From contig DYEA01000008.1 of assembly GCA_020725885.1 (NCBI GenBank), positions 72,119 through 136,118 on the forward strand: a DNA stretch of 64,000 nucleotides. The letters are read 5' to 3'. A program made the position numbers and the translations under genes. A model generated the notes under the pieces. That model searched no databases. It was not told the origin of the DNA and saw nothing but the letters and a program-made list of their open reading frames with translations. The DNA comes from Slackia sp. (GTDB lineage Bacteria; Actinomycetota; Coriobacteriia; Anaerosomatales; Anaerosomataceae). Below are positions 18,120 through 26,597 of this stretch, piece after piece; the stretch's first letter is position 1; each line of letters opens with the position of its first letter.

Positions 18120-19708
18120 GCCTCGCCCTCCCTGAGGTCGCTCACTTCGTACGGAGCCGCCACCGGCTCGCCGAACCGCGTCAGCCGGATCCGCGGCGCG
18201 CGCACCCTGTCCTTGCCGCTCTCCTTGGCATAGTACACGGCGTCGTCTGCCGCCCGCAGCAAAGACTCCTTGTCGTCTGCGTGCGTCGGCAGGTTCGCCA
18301 CCCCGACGCTCACGGTGACCTTGATGGTCGGCTCGCCGTCCTCGTCCTTGAAGCGGTGCACGGCGACGTTCTCGCGGATCTTCTCGGCGACGATGAACGC
18401 CCCGGCAGCGTCCGTCTCCGGCAGGACCACCGAGAACTCCTCGCCGCCGTACCGCACGACCACGTCCACCTCGCGCACGGTGGCCTTCATGATCTCGCCG
18501 AGCTCGCGCAGCACCGAATCGCCAACGAGGTGGCCGTGCGTGTCGTTGATGCGCTTGAAGTCGTCGACGTCGATCATGAGGAACGACAGCGTCTTCTTGT
18601 ACCGCCGCGCTCTGGAGATCTCCTCGTCCAGCCGCTGCTGGAGGTACCGGTAGTTGTACAGCCCCGTCAGCTCGTCCGTGTTGGCGAGGCGCCGCGTGAG
18701 CTTGTACAGCTGGGAGTTCTCCACCGCGACTGCGAGCTCGGCCGCGACTGCCTGCAGGACCCGCCGGTCATGCTCGTCCACTCCCTCGATGTGCCGAGCG
18801 TCGGCGCACAGCACCACGAGGAGCTTGTGGTACTCGGTGACTTCCAAGCAAGCGAACGAGCCCGTGTCCGGCTCGATCTCGAGAAGAGACTCGCCGGGGG
18901 CGTACGAGAAGCTGGAGCGGCCCACCGACACGCCGCGGGTCGCCGAGAAGACAGTCTCGCCGGTGGACGTGTCGACCACGAACACGCTCAAGGCGTCCCA
19001 CCCGAGCAGCTCCGTGAGCACTTTGAGGACGTCGCTGCCGACGGACTCCACCTCGAGCGTGGAGTGCAGCATCTCGCTGACTTTGGCCACCGCTTCCATC
19101 TCAGTGACCCGGCGCTCGAGCTGCGCGTTCAGCGACTCGATCTGCTCGCTCTCGACCTCCAGCGACATCGTCTTCTCGGTCTGCTCAGTGATGAGCTGCC
19201 CCAACACCCAGCTGAACGCCATGAGCATGCCGACTTTCGCGAGAATGAACGGGTAGGTCTGCGGCTCGATGGTGACGTGGTGCCCGAAGAGGTGCCCCAG
19301 GATGTACGCGAAGCCCAGCAGGCTTGCCCCGAGCCAGCGCTGCGGCAGACGCGTTCGGACGGCGTGTATGACCGCTCCTGCGAAGAACAGCGCGTAGTAC
19401 GGGTCCTCGTAGCTTCCGACGGCTGCCGTCAACAGTCCCAGCGCCACCAAGTCAGTCGGCAACGTGAAGAGCAGAGCACCGGACATGTCTGTCCGCGGCC
19501 ACACGAGGACGGCCGCCACAGTGATCACAGTCCCGAAAACCCACAGCGAGGCGCCCGCGAAGTGCAGGTTCCGCTCGAGAGCCGAGGGGAGCAGGTTCAC
19601 CCACCACCACTGCATGAACACCATGAGGGTGGACATGACGACGCGTGCGACGAGGTACGTCGCGTCAGGCAGGTCGAGCTGTCGCTCTTCGGACTCCACT
19701 CGTCGCAT
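18116..19708 (-). CDS. Membrane-anchored GAF-GGDEF diguanylate cyclase
   Basis: The ATG (M96 of the track ORF) has RBS GGAG upstream. Predicted TM helices are followed by a GAF-like region and a GGDEF domain (RYGGEEF, D-x-LTGL). Confidence 0.85.
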   Translation of the reverse strand: MRRVESEERQLDLPDATYLVARVVMSTLMVFMQWWWVNLLPSALERNLHFAGASLWVFGTVITVAAVLVWPRTDMSGALLFTLPTDLVALGLLTAAVGSYEDPYYALFFAGAVIHAVRTRLPQRWLGASLLGFAYILGHLFGHHVTIEPQTYPFILAKVGMLMAFSWVLGQLITEQTEKTMSLEVESEQIESLNAQLERRVTEMEAVAKVSEMLHSTLEVESVGSDVLKVLTELLGWDALSVFVVDTSTGETVFSATRGVSVGRSSFSYAPGESLLEIEPDTGSFACLEVTEYHKLLVVLCADARHIEGVDEHDRRVLQAVAAELAVAVENSQLYKLTRRLANTDELTGLYNYRYLQQRLDEEISRARRYKKTLSFLMIDVDDFKRINDTHGHLVGDSVLRELGEIMKATVREVDVVVRYGGEEFSVVLPETDAAGAFIVAEKIRENVAVHRFKDEDGEPTIKVTVSVGVANLPTHADDKESLLRAADDAVYYAKESGKDRVRAPRIRLTRFGEPVAAPYEVSDLREGEA

Positions 19709-19790
19709 CGTCTCCGAAGCGGGGGCTTCCCAAAGAGTATATCCTCTACGCGTGGCCCCGAACCTGCTCGCATGTTCGCAAGGAGTGGCT

Positions 19791-20567
19791 GTGGACCAAG
19801 CATCGCTTCGAACCCTGCTCGAGAACGTCGCTTCCGGCGCGCTCAGCGTCGACGAGGCCGCCGAGGCCCTCGCCCGGCTTCCGTTCGCGGACGTGGGCGG
19901 CGTCGCGAAGGTGGACCACCACCGCGAGTTGCGCTGCGGCTTCCCGGAGGTCGTGTTCTGCCAGGGCAAGTCGCCGGCCCAGGTGCGCGCCATCGCGCGC
20001 GAAGTCCTTGATGCCGGGCCCGTGTTCCTCGGAACCCGCGCTACCGCGTCCCACTACCAGGCCGTCGGGCAGGTCGCGCTCGATGCCCGGTACTTCGAGG
20101 AGGCCCGGCTCGTCGTCGTCGACCGGCGCGAGGAGCGCCCGTCGGTCGGCCACGTCGTCGTCGCGTCCGGCGGCACCGCGGACACGCCGGTGGCGGAAGA
20201 GGCCGCGATTGTGGCCGAGGTGATGGGGAACCGGGTGACTCGGCTCGCGGACGTCGGGGTGGCCGGGGTGCACCGGCTGTTCGCTCACCTCGACGTGCTG
20301 CGCCAAGCGAACGTCGTCATCGCCGTCGCGGGCATGGAGGGCGCCTTGCCCTCGCTCGTCGGAGGGCTGGTGGCCTGTCCGGTCATCGCAGTGCCCACCT
20401 CGGTCGGCTACGGCTCGCACCTCGGAGGGCTCGCGGCGCTGCTCGCGATGCTGAACTCGTGCGCGGCGGGGATCGGCGTCGTCAACATCGACAACGGCTT
20501 CGGCGCGGCCGTCCTCGCGTCGCGCATCAACCACGCGGCGGCAGGCGCGGCGGGGGCCGCAGGGTGA
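19791..20567 (+). CDS. larB: Nickel-pincer cofactor biosynthesis protein LarB (PurE/AIR-carboxylase-like)
   Basis: GTG 19791 has AGGAG 5 nt upstream. LSVDEAAEAL...VDHHRELRCGFPEVVFCQGK and the PurE-like C-terminus (VVASGGTADTPVAEEA, AVAGMEGALPS) match LarB. Confidence 0.8.
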   Translation: MDQASLRTLLENVASGALSVDEAAEALARLPFADVGGVAKVDHHRELRCGFPEVVFCQGKSPAQVRAIAREVLDAGPVFLGTRATASHYQAVGQVALDARYFEEARLVVVDRREERPSVGHVVVASGGTADTPVAEEAAIVAEVMGNRVTRLADVGVAGVHRLFAHLDVLRQANVVIAVAGMEGALPSLVGGLVACPVIAVPTSVGYGSHLGGLAALLAMLNSCAAGIGVVNIDNGFGAAVLASRINHAAAGAAGAAG

Positions 20568-21784
20568 TCGCGTACCTCGACTGCGCGGCCACCGGCATCT
20601 CCGGCGACAAGCTCCTCGGAGCGCTCCTCGCCGCAGGGTTCCGGATCGACGACCTTCGGACGGCGCTGGCGCCTCTCAGGCTCGCGGACGCCGTCACGAT
20701 CGTAAAGCGGCGGACAGGCGGTCTGGCAGCCGTCGGCGTCGAAGTCGCCGAGAAGCCTGGCCTGCCGCTGCGCACGTTGCCCGAATTGCGCGACGCCGTC
20801 CGCGCCGCAGACGCGCCCGAGCCTGCGCGCGCGGCCGCCGAGCGCATCCTGCTGGCGCTCGCCGAGGCGGAGGCCCAGGTGCACGGCGTTCCGCTCGAGG
20901 AGGTGCACTTCCACGAGGTCGGCGCAGCGGATACGGTCGTAGACGTCCTAGGGGCGGCGCTCGGACTTCACGCGCTCGGCGTCGAGGAGCTCGTGTGCAG
21001 CCCGATCGCCGTGGGCAGCGGGACCGTCGCCGCCGCGCACGGCGTCCTTCCCATCCCCGCTCCCGCGACCGCGCTCCTCCTTCGCGGCCTGCCGGTCGTG
21101 CCAGGCGCAGCCACCGGCGAGCTCACCACGCCGACCGGCGCTGCGATCGTCCGGACGCTCGCCGCTTCCTTCGGCGAGCCGCCGCCCATGCGTGTGACGG
21201 GCGCGGGCCTCGGCGCTGGAACTCGCGACCTCGGCGTGCCCAACGTGGCGCAGCTGCTCGTGGGGGAACCGATGGCGCCGCAGCCGGCGCCTGATGGCAC
21301 GGAGCGCGTGACGCTGCTCGAGACCAACGTCGACCACCTCTCGCCCGAGACGCTCGCCTATGCGTGCGAGCGGCTGCTGGAAGCCGGCGCGCTCGACGTC
21401 TGGCAGACGCCCATCGTGATGAAGAAGGGCCGCGCCGCGTACCTGCTGAGCGCGCTCGCAGAGCCCGTGACCGCAGCAGATATCGCCCGTACGATCATCC
21501 GCGAGACCGGCTCGCTCGGCGTGCGCGTGGTCCCGGCTGAGCGCTTCGTCGCGTGGCGCACCGTCGTCGAACTCGACACGCCGCTCGGCCGTGCGCGCTT
21601 CAAAGTCTGGCGCGCCGGCGACCGCACCGGATGCCGCGTCGAGCACGACGATGCAGCGCGCATCGCGCGCGAGCGCGGACTGCCGATTATGGCGGTCGAG
21701 CACGAGCTCAACCACAGCGTACAGCACGAGGAGATTGCAATTAGTCCATTCTACTCTCCCGGCTTACCGATACCGGAAGATTGA
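20564..21784 (+). CDS. larC: Nickel insertion protein LarC (DUF111 family)
   Basis: VIAYLDCAATGISGDKLLGALL and HFHEVGAADTVVDVLG signatures. GTGA start/stop overlap with larB. The last ~17 codons fall in low-GC DNA at the island junction. Confidence 0.8.
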   Translation: MIAYLDCAATGISGDKLLGALLAAGFRIDDLRTALAPLRLADAVTIVKRRTGGLAAVGVEVAEKPGLPLRTLPELRDAVRAADAPEPARAAAERILLALAEAEAQVHGVPLEEVHFHEVGAADTVVDVLGAALGLHALGVEELVCSPIAVGSGTVAAAHGVLPIPAPATALLLRGLPVVPGAATGELTTPTGAAIVRTLAASFGEPPPMRVTGAGLGAGTRDLGVPNVAQLLVGEPMAPQPAPDGTERVTLLETNVDHLSPETLAYACERLLEAGALDVWQTPIVMKKGRAAYLLSALAEPVTAADIARTIIRETGSLGVRVVPAERFVAWRTVVELDTPLGRARFKVWRAGDRTGCRVEHDDAARIARERGLPIMAVEHELNHSVQHEEIAISPFYSPGLPIPED

Positions 21785-21797
21785 ATTCATAAATCAA

Positions 21798-22763
21798 TCA
21801 CATAGGCGGGATGTTGGTAAGAACTAGTTCGCTAATGGAATTTCGGCGAGACCCTTGCGCCGCAATTACTCGGGGGGCGCGAATCGTATGGACACGCAGA
21901 CCGGCTTCTTTAGCATCCCGGCTCTCGTAAAGCGCCCGTATGCGTTCCGTATCGCTGTTGCTAACTACTACTCGAATCCCCGGGTGGGTCTCGAGTATCT
22001 TCAGCACGGACAAGAAAAGGGTCTGGTGATCTTGCCAGCCGAACCCCTGGGAGGTGTACGAGGTGAACGACCCCTCATCTCCTGCGTCATATGGCGGGTC
22101 CAGATAGACAATGTCGTTACTACCAACGCACTTTAGCGCGTCCTCGTAGCTTCCACTCAGAAGTGCAATACCCTGAAGGAGACGCGAGAATCGTTTCAGA
22201 CGGGGGCCGGTAGTTGCCAGGAATGCCGCCGGCTGATTAGCAGCAGGTCTGCCGACCGGCACGTTGAATTCACCTCGCGAGTTAACTCGCCAAAGGCCGT
22301 TGAAGCAGGACCTGTTCAAGAACAGCAGGAGGGCCGCCCTTCTTGTTCTCTCTTCGCTCGTCGAGTCGCCAGCCTTGCTGATTAGCTCATTCATTTCGTC
22401 TCGTCGATCGAGGTAGTAGCGCCGGAAGGACTCCTCACCAAGGCAGCTTTCGGCCTCAGCTGCAATCTGTCCAATCTCGCCCAAGAGAGCTTCAAGCCGG
22501 TCCCTGCACACGGAGTAGAGGTTGATAATCTCCGTGTTCGCATCTGCCAGCAGCCCTCGCAGCGGCTGTACATAGCAGGTTAGTGCTGCGCTGCCGGCAA
22601 AAGGCTCCACCAAGCGAGCATCACCGCCTGGAGCCCATAGAGCTTCAAGCGCTTGCGGACCAAGAATGCGAGCTAGCTTGGGAGCGATTCTCCACTTACC
22701 CCCTGCCCACTTAAGTATCGGGCGTACAACGTCTCGCTGGAACACAGGGGTGCCTGCGTTCAT
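21798..22763 (-). CDS. Dam-family (D12 class) N6-adenine DNA methyltransferase
   Basis: PILKWAGGKWR (AdoMet motif I), FLNRSCFNGLWRVN and the DPPY catalytic motif (VYLDPPYD). The ATG at 22763 overlaps the upstream stop (ATGA). Confidence 0.85.
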   Translation of the reverse strand: MNAGTPVFQRDVVRPILKWAGGKWRIAPKLARILGPQALEALWAPGGDARLVEPFAGSAALTCYVQPLRGLLADANTEIINLYSVCRDRLEALLGEIGQIAAEAESCLGEESFRRYYLDRRDEMNELISKAGDSTSEERTRRAALLLFLNRSCFNGLWRVNSRGEFNVPVGRPAANQPAAFLATTGPRLKRFSRLLQGIALLSGSYEDALKCVGSNDIVYLDPPYDAGDEGSFTSYTSQGFGWQDHQTLFLSVLKILETHPGIRVVVSNSDTERIRALYESRDAKEAGLRVHTIRAPRVIAAQGSRRNSISELVLTNIPPM

Positions 22764-23299
22764 GATTGCGCCTGGTCGGATGGGTGGGGTATCAGCTTGC
22801 CACGCGACGAACGCCTGCATACCAACTCGAATCCAAACCTATCGCGAAGGTCGGTCTCGGCCTTAACGATTTCGGCGGGAGAAGTGCTGGAAGAGGTATC
22901 CACAAGGAAAAGCGCTGAGCGCTTGAAGCCCGCGCATGAATACAGGGCCGCCTGTCCAATCGCTCCAGACAGCACGCTGTTGCTCTTGGACTGAGCAAGA
23001 AGCTTGACTTCAACAGCGAGCACCAACTCCTTCTTCCAGACGACGGCAACGTCCGGGTAGAACCAGCGTCCCAGCATATGGTACGCGTAGGCTTGCTGGC
23101 CGGTGCCATCCCCAAACACCACGATGCCTTCGCCCGCAAGATCGCTGAGACAGGACTTCACAAGGGGGACGAGAGCCCTTGCGGTATAGGCAATTTCCTT
23201 CTCTTGGTGCGCTGGTGCTGGAATCTCATGCGTGCGGAGAACCCCGATTAAGCGCAACGCAAGGGCTTCGATATGTCGAGGTTCCGGATCGCGGCCCAT
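22760..23299 (-). CDS. Small (179 aa) PD-(D/E)xK nuclease-fold protein; candidate cognate restriction or nicking endonuclease (MutH/Sau3AI-like?)
   Basis: YPDVAVVWKKELVLAVEVK supplies a D...E-x-K catalytic triad in restriction-endonuclease-like spacing. The gene is translationally coupled to the methylase. Confidence 0.45.
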   Translation of the reverse strand: MGRDPEPRHIEALALRLIGVLRTHEIPAPAHQEKEIAYTARALVPLVKSCLSDLAGEGIVVFGDGTGQQAYAYHMLGRWFYPDVAVVWKKELVLAVEVKLLAQSKSNSVLSGAIGQAALYSCAGFKRSALFLVDTSSSTSPAEIVKAETDLRDRFGFELVCRRSSRGKLIPHPSDQAQS

Positions 23300-23301
23300 A
23301 T

Positions 23302-24594
23302 CTACCCTTTCAATACGTCGTCGAGATCCGGGCTGGGTCGAAGCTGCCTGACGATACCCTTCTTCTTGGCTTCATCAGACTCGGAGACATCCATGAGAAC
23401 CTCGGCCACACGAGCCGCTCCGGCAAGCCCTGCGATGCCCTTCCAGCGCTCGTCGGATTTCCTCAGCAACTCCTCATCGATGGCAGCAAGCCTGCGCCTG
23501 AAGTCCTCGGTGGACACCCTTTCATGTTCGACCGCCTCGTCGAGCAGCATCCCGCCAAACTTGGCAAAACCGCCCAAGCCTATCGATTGCATGAGGATGT
23601 AATCCGCCCGGTTCTGCCAAGCGGTCGGAAAAGCCTCCTTGACTGCGCGCCAGTACCGGTCAATCAGCTCAAGCAATGCATCGGGATCGTCTTTCAGAAC
23701 ATAGGCCGTCCTCGGAGCGTTCTTGATTTGATAGTCGATGGTTGACTTCAGCGCATTTAGCTTTACCGGCGGAGTCTTGCCGCCCGTTGCACGCAGGACG
23801 CCTCGCTTGGATCCCCCGAGGAAGACAACGCCTTCGAATGCGCGCCCGCTCTTGCTGAGCTCGTGGGCAATCCACAAGGGCAACGTCTTCGGGTTCGACT
23901 TCAGTTGGTTTGGGTCATGCAGCCTCACGGCGAGGTTGTCCAGATGGGCCGTCTCCATACCCTCGTGCTCGCCGTTGATATCTCTGAATAGCGCGGCTTC
24001 CGGTGTATCGTCCAACCCAATCAGCAGCGAGAACGGCACGACGGGGAAGACCAGTGGCTCCTCGTCATCTGAATCGGTCATCTGTGCAAGGTAGTCGTCC
24101 GCTCCGTACAGCCGATGATTGCCATCAACGCGACTAATCTGTGGCTTGTAAAGTGGTTTCGGGAATTCCAGGCGTTCGACAAGAACTCGCAAACCAACGA
24201 CCGAGGGTAGCTCCGCCGAGTCGGAAAAGGAGTCCACCTCCAGCACGCTAGAAGGGTTCTCGAGTTCATATATCTCGATGACTCGCGGGTCCCGTACATT
24301 CAGCAACACTTCGGGGAAGAACCTGGGATCCTCCTCTGGTGCTACGAAGGGGGACTTGATGGCGTATTCAAAGCACTCCTGCGCATGCTTCTTCTTCAAC
24401 GCCCTCTGGGTGCCCGTGGGATTCTCGTATTGGTCATACACATCTGGGGCAGAGATGATGGCAAGCTGGTCCAGGCGACCATGACCCCTAAGAACAACTA
24501 GATTCAAGTTGCCACCTAGCAGGCATGGACCGAAATCGATGCGGCTGCTGAATCTCCTCAGCACCAGTTCGCGACTATGCAGCAAATCAGCCAT
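23302..24594 (-). CDS. DGQHR-domain protein (DndB/DpdB-like ParB-fold protein)
   Basis: QISRVDGNHRLYG is a DGQHR-motif variant. It is the first gene of the island operon, 3 nt before the nuclease-like gene. RBS GGAGAGGAG. Confidence 0.65.
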   Translation of the reverse strand: MADLLHSRELVLRRFSSRIDFGPCLLGGNLNLVVLRGHGRLDQLAIISAPDVYDQYENPTGTQRALKKKHAQECFEYAIKSPFVAPEEDPRFFPEVLLNVRDPRVIEIYELENPSSVLEVDSFSDSAELPSVVGLRVLVERLEFPKPLYKPQISRVDGNHRLYGADDYLAQMTDSDDEEPLVFPVVPFSLLIGLDDTPEAALFRDINGEHEGMETAHLDNLAVRLHDPNQLKSNPKTLPLWIAHELSKSGRAFEGVVFLGGSKRGVLRATGGKTPPVKLNALKSTIDYQIKNAPRTAYVLKDDPDALLELIDRYWRAVKEAFPTAWQNRADYILMQSIGLGGFAKFGGMLLDEAVEHERVSTEDFRRRLAAIDEELLRKSDERWKGIAGLAGAARVAEVLMDVSESDEAKKKGIVRQLRPSPDLDDVLKG

Positions 24595-24889
24595 TGATTC
24601 CGCTCCTCTCCAAATAGTCCTCTCAAGTTCATTGCTAGTCTACAAGACCGGCCTGACATTGATTGGACCTTCAAGAACGCTCCCTGTCCGAACAATCGCA
24701 AGCATAAGATTAGGGCCCGCCGGAGGGGCGACCAGCGGGCCCTTTCCGCTGCCACCAGATTCTTTCCAGCGCCCGAGGCAGCGGGTTCTCGGCGCTAGCG
24801 CCCACTTCAGGAGCGCCTACCGAATCTGATTGTGGTATCGGCACGAACACCGCTCGGGTTGAGCCGATTTCTGGCAAGCGCCCGCAGCG

Positions 24890-25726
24890 TCATCCCGGGA
24901 GCCGCCACGAGCGGCCGTCGCGAACCACCAGGCCTTCGCGCTCGAGCGCCTCGACAGCCGTCGCTATGCGCCCAGCATCGATCCCCGAATCCGCCGCGAT
25001 CCGCGCCGTCGTCGCACGCCCGCGACTCGCCAGCGTCTTCAGCACCGCTCCGCGCGCCTCGCGGCTCGACCCCGCGAACGCGGCCTGCCGAACGTGGTGC
25101 GTGCTGCGCCGCGACGGGTTCGGCACTGCCCGTTTCAGCGCCGCTCCGTAGTCCATGAGCGCGTAGTACCAGGTCCGGGGGTCGCCCCGGTCGAGCGTCG
25201 CCTCCACGAGCGGCAGCAGCTCCCGGTCGCTCACCGGGTCGCGCTCCGGGAAGAACCAGTGGATGAGCGCCGCGCGGATGTTGGTCTCCACGTACGGCAC
25301 CGCCACGCCGAACGCGAACGCGAGCACCTGCGCCGCAGTCGCGTGCCCGATGCCTGGCAGGGCCCGCAACCCCTCGTACGTTCGCGGCACGGCGCCTCCG
25401 TGACGCTCCACGATCGCACGCGCCGCCTCGTGCAGCGCCTTCGCGCGCCGGTTGTAGCCGAGCCCGCTCCAGACGCGCAGCACGTCGGCTAACGGCGCCG
25501 AGGAGAGCGCCTCGACCGTCGGGAAGGCCCGCAGGAACGCCTCGTACTTCGGGATGACGCGCGGCACCTGCGTCTGCTGGAGCATGACCTCCGACACGAG
25601 GATCGCGTACGGGTCACGGGTGCGGCGCCAGGGCAGGTCGCGCCCGTGCTCGCGGTAGTGAGCCAGCACCGCCTCCCGGAACGCCGCGAGGCTGTCTCCG
25701 TCCCATGGGTGCGGCTTCGCGCTCAT
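24890..25726 (-). CDS. HhH-GPD superfamily DNA glycosylase (MutY/Nth-like) with a C-terminal winged-helix-like tail; no Fe-S Cys cluster seen
   Basis: LVSEVMLQQTQVPRVIPKYEAF and LPGIGHATAAQVLAFAFG (the HhH-GPD motif with its catalytic region). Confidence 0.8.
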   Translation of the reverse strand: MSAKPHPWDGDSLAAFREAVLAHYREHGRDLPWRRTRDPYAILVSEVMLQQTQVPRVIPKYEAFLRAFPTVEALSSAPLADVLRVWSGLGYNRRAKALHEAARAIVERHGGAVPRTYEGLRALPGIGHATAAQVLAFAFGVAVPYVETNIRAALIHWFFPERDPVSDRELLPLVEATLDRGDPRTWYYALMDYGAALKRAVPNPSRRSTHHVRQAAFAGSSREARGAVLKTLASRGRATTARIAADSGIDAGRIATAVEALEREGLVVRDGRSWRLPG

Positions 25727-25838
25727 CGTGCGGCCACTATACCAGGCGCCTCCGGCACACGCGTTGCTGTACCGCTGAGGCCGCGATTCAGGGTACAGTC
25801 TGTGTCGCACCGCACCGACCCCTCAAGCGAGGTGAAGC

Positions 25839-26597
25839 ATGGCAGACACCGCTCCGCTGCTCGTCGTGGAAGACCTCCACGTCAGCGTCGGCGACCGCGA
25901 GATCCTGCGCGGCGTCGACCTTGAGATCGCCGAAGGCGAGACCCACGTCCTGCTCGGCCCCAACGGGGGCGGCAAGACGACGCTCCTCAACACGATCGTG
26001 GGCCTCCCCGGTTACCGCATCACGCGCGGCCGGATCCTGTTCAAGGGCGTCGACCTCGCGGGCCTCGACATCGACGAGCGCGCCCGTCTGGGCATCGGCG
26101 TCGCGTTCCAGCGGCCGCCCGCCGTCCGCGGCATCAAGCTCCGCCAGCTGATCGAGGTCGCCGCCGACGGCCGTTTCGACGAGGCGATGCTCGCCGACCT
26201 CGTTGGCGAGCTCGCGCTCGAGAACATGATCGACCGCGACGTGAACATGGGCTTCTCCGGCGGCGAGATGAAGCGCTCCGAGATGGCGCAGCTGCTCGCC
26301 CAGATGCCGGACCTCACGCTGTTCGACGAGCCGGAATCCGGCGTCGACCTCGACAACATCGCGGTCGTGGGGGCCGCCATGACCAAGCTGCTGAAGGCCG
26401 AGCGCGCCGGCATGACGAAGCGCTCGGGGCTGATCGTCACGCACACCGGCCACATCCTGGAGTACGTCAACGCCGACATCGGCCACGTGCTCTACAGCGG
26501 CCGGCTCGCGTGCCGCGGCAACCCGCGCGACCTGATCGCCGAGATCGCCCGTCACGGTTACGACAAGTGCGTGGAGTGTGCGATATGCCAGATGTAG
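25839..26597 (+). CDS. sufC: Fe-S cluster assembly ATPase SufC
   Basis: Walker A GPNGGGKTT, ABC signature FSGGEMKR, Walker B LTLFDEPESGVD. RBS GAGGTGA. Confidence 0.9.
   Translation: MADTAPLLVVEDLHVSVGDREILRGVDLEIAEGETHVLLGPNGGGKTTLLNTIVGLPGYRITRGRILFKGVDLAGLDIDERARLGIGVAFQRPPAVRGIKLRQLIEVAADGRFDEAMLADLVGELALENMIDRDVNMGFSGGEMKRSEMAQLLAQMPDLTLFDEPESGVDLDNIAVVGAAMTKLLKAERAGMTKRSGLIVTHTGHILEYVNADIGHVLYSGRLACRGNPRDLIAEIARHGYDKCVECAICQM

Larger units (their letters stand above)
21720..24780. mobile_element. Low-GC (~50%) genomic island of about 3 kb with a 3-gene DGQHR / nuclease-like / Dam-methyltransferase operon. No integrase, transposase or flanking repeats were identified.
   Basis: There is a sharp composition drop against the ~70% GC flanks. 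The island lies between convergent larC and a HhH-GPD glycosylase gene. Codon usage is visibly AT-richer. Confidence 0.55.

Noticed and set aside
21720-24780. Integrase, transposase or prophage remnants on the low-GC island
   Set aside because: Translated all frames by eye. Only the three defence-type genes are present, with no recombinase motifs (no R-H-R-Y, DDE or serine-recombinase signatures) and no obvious att direct repeats.
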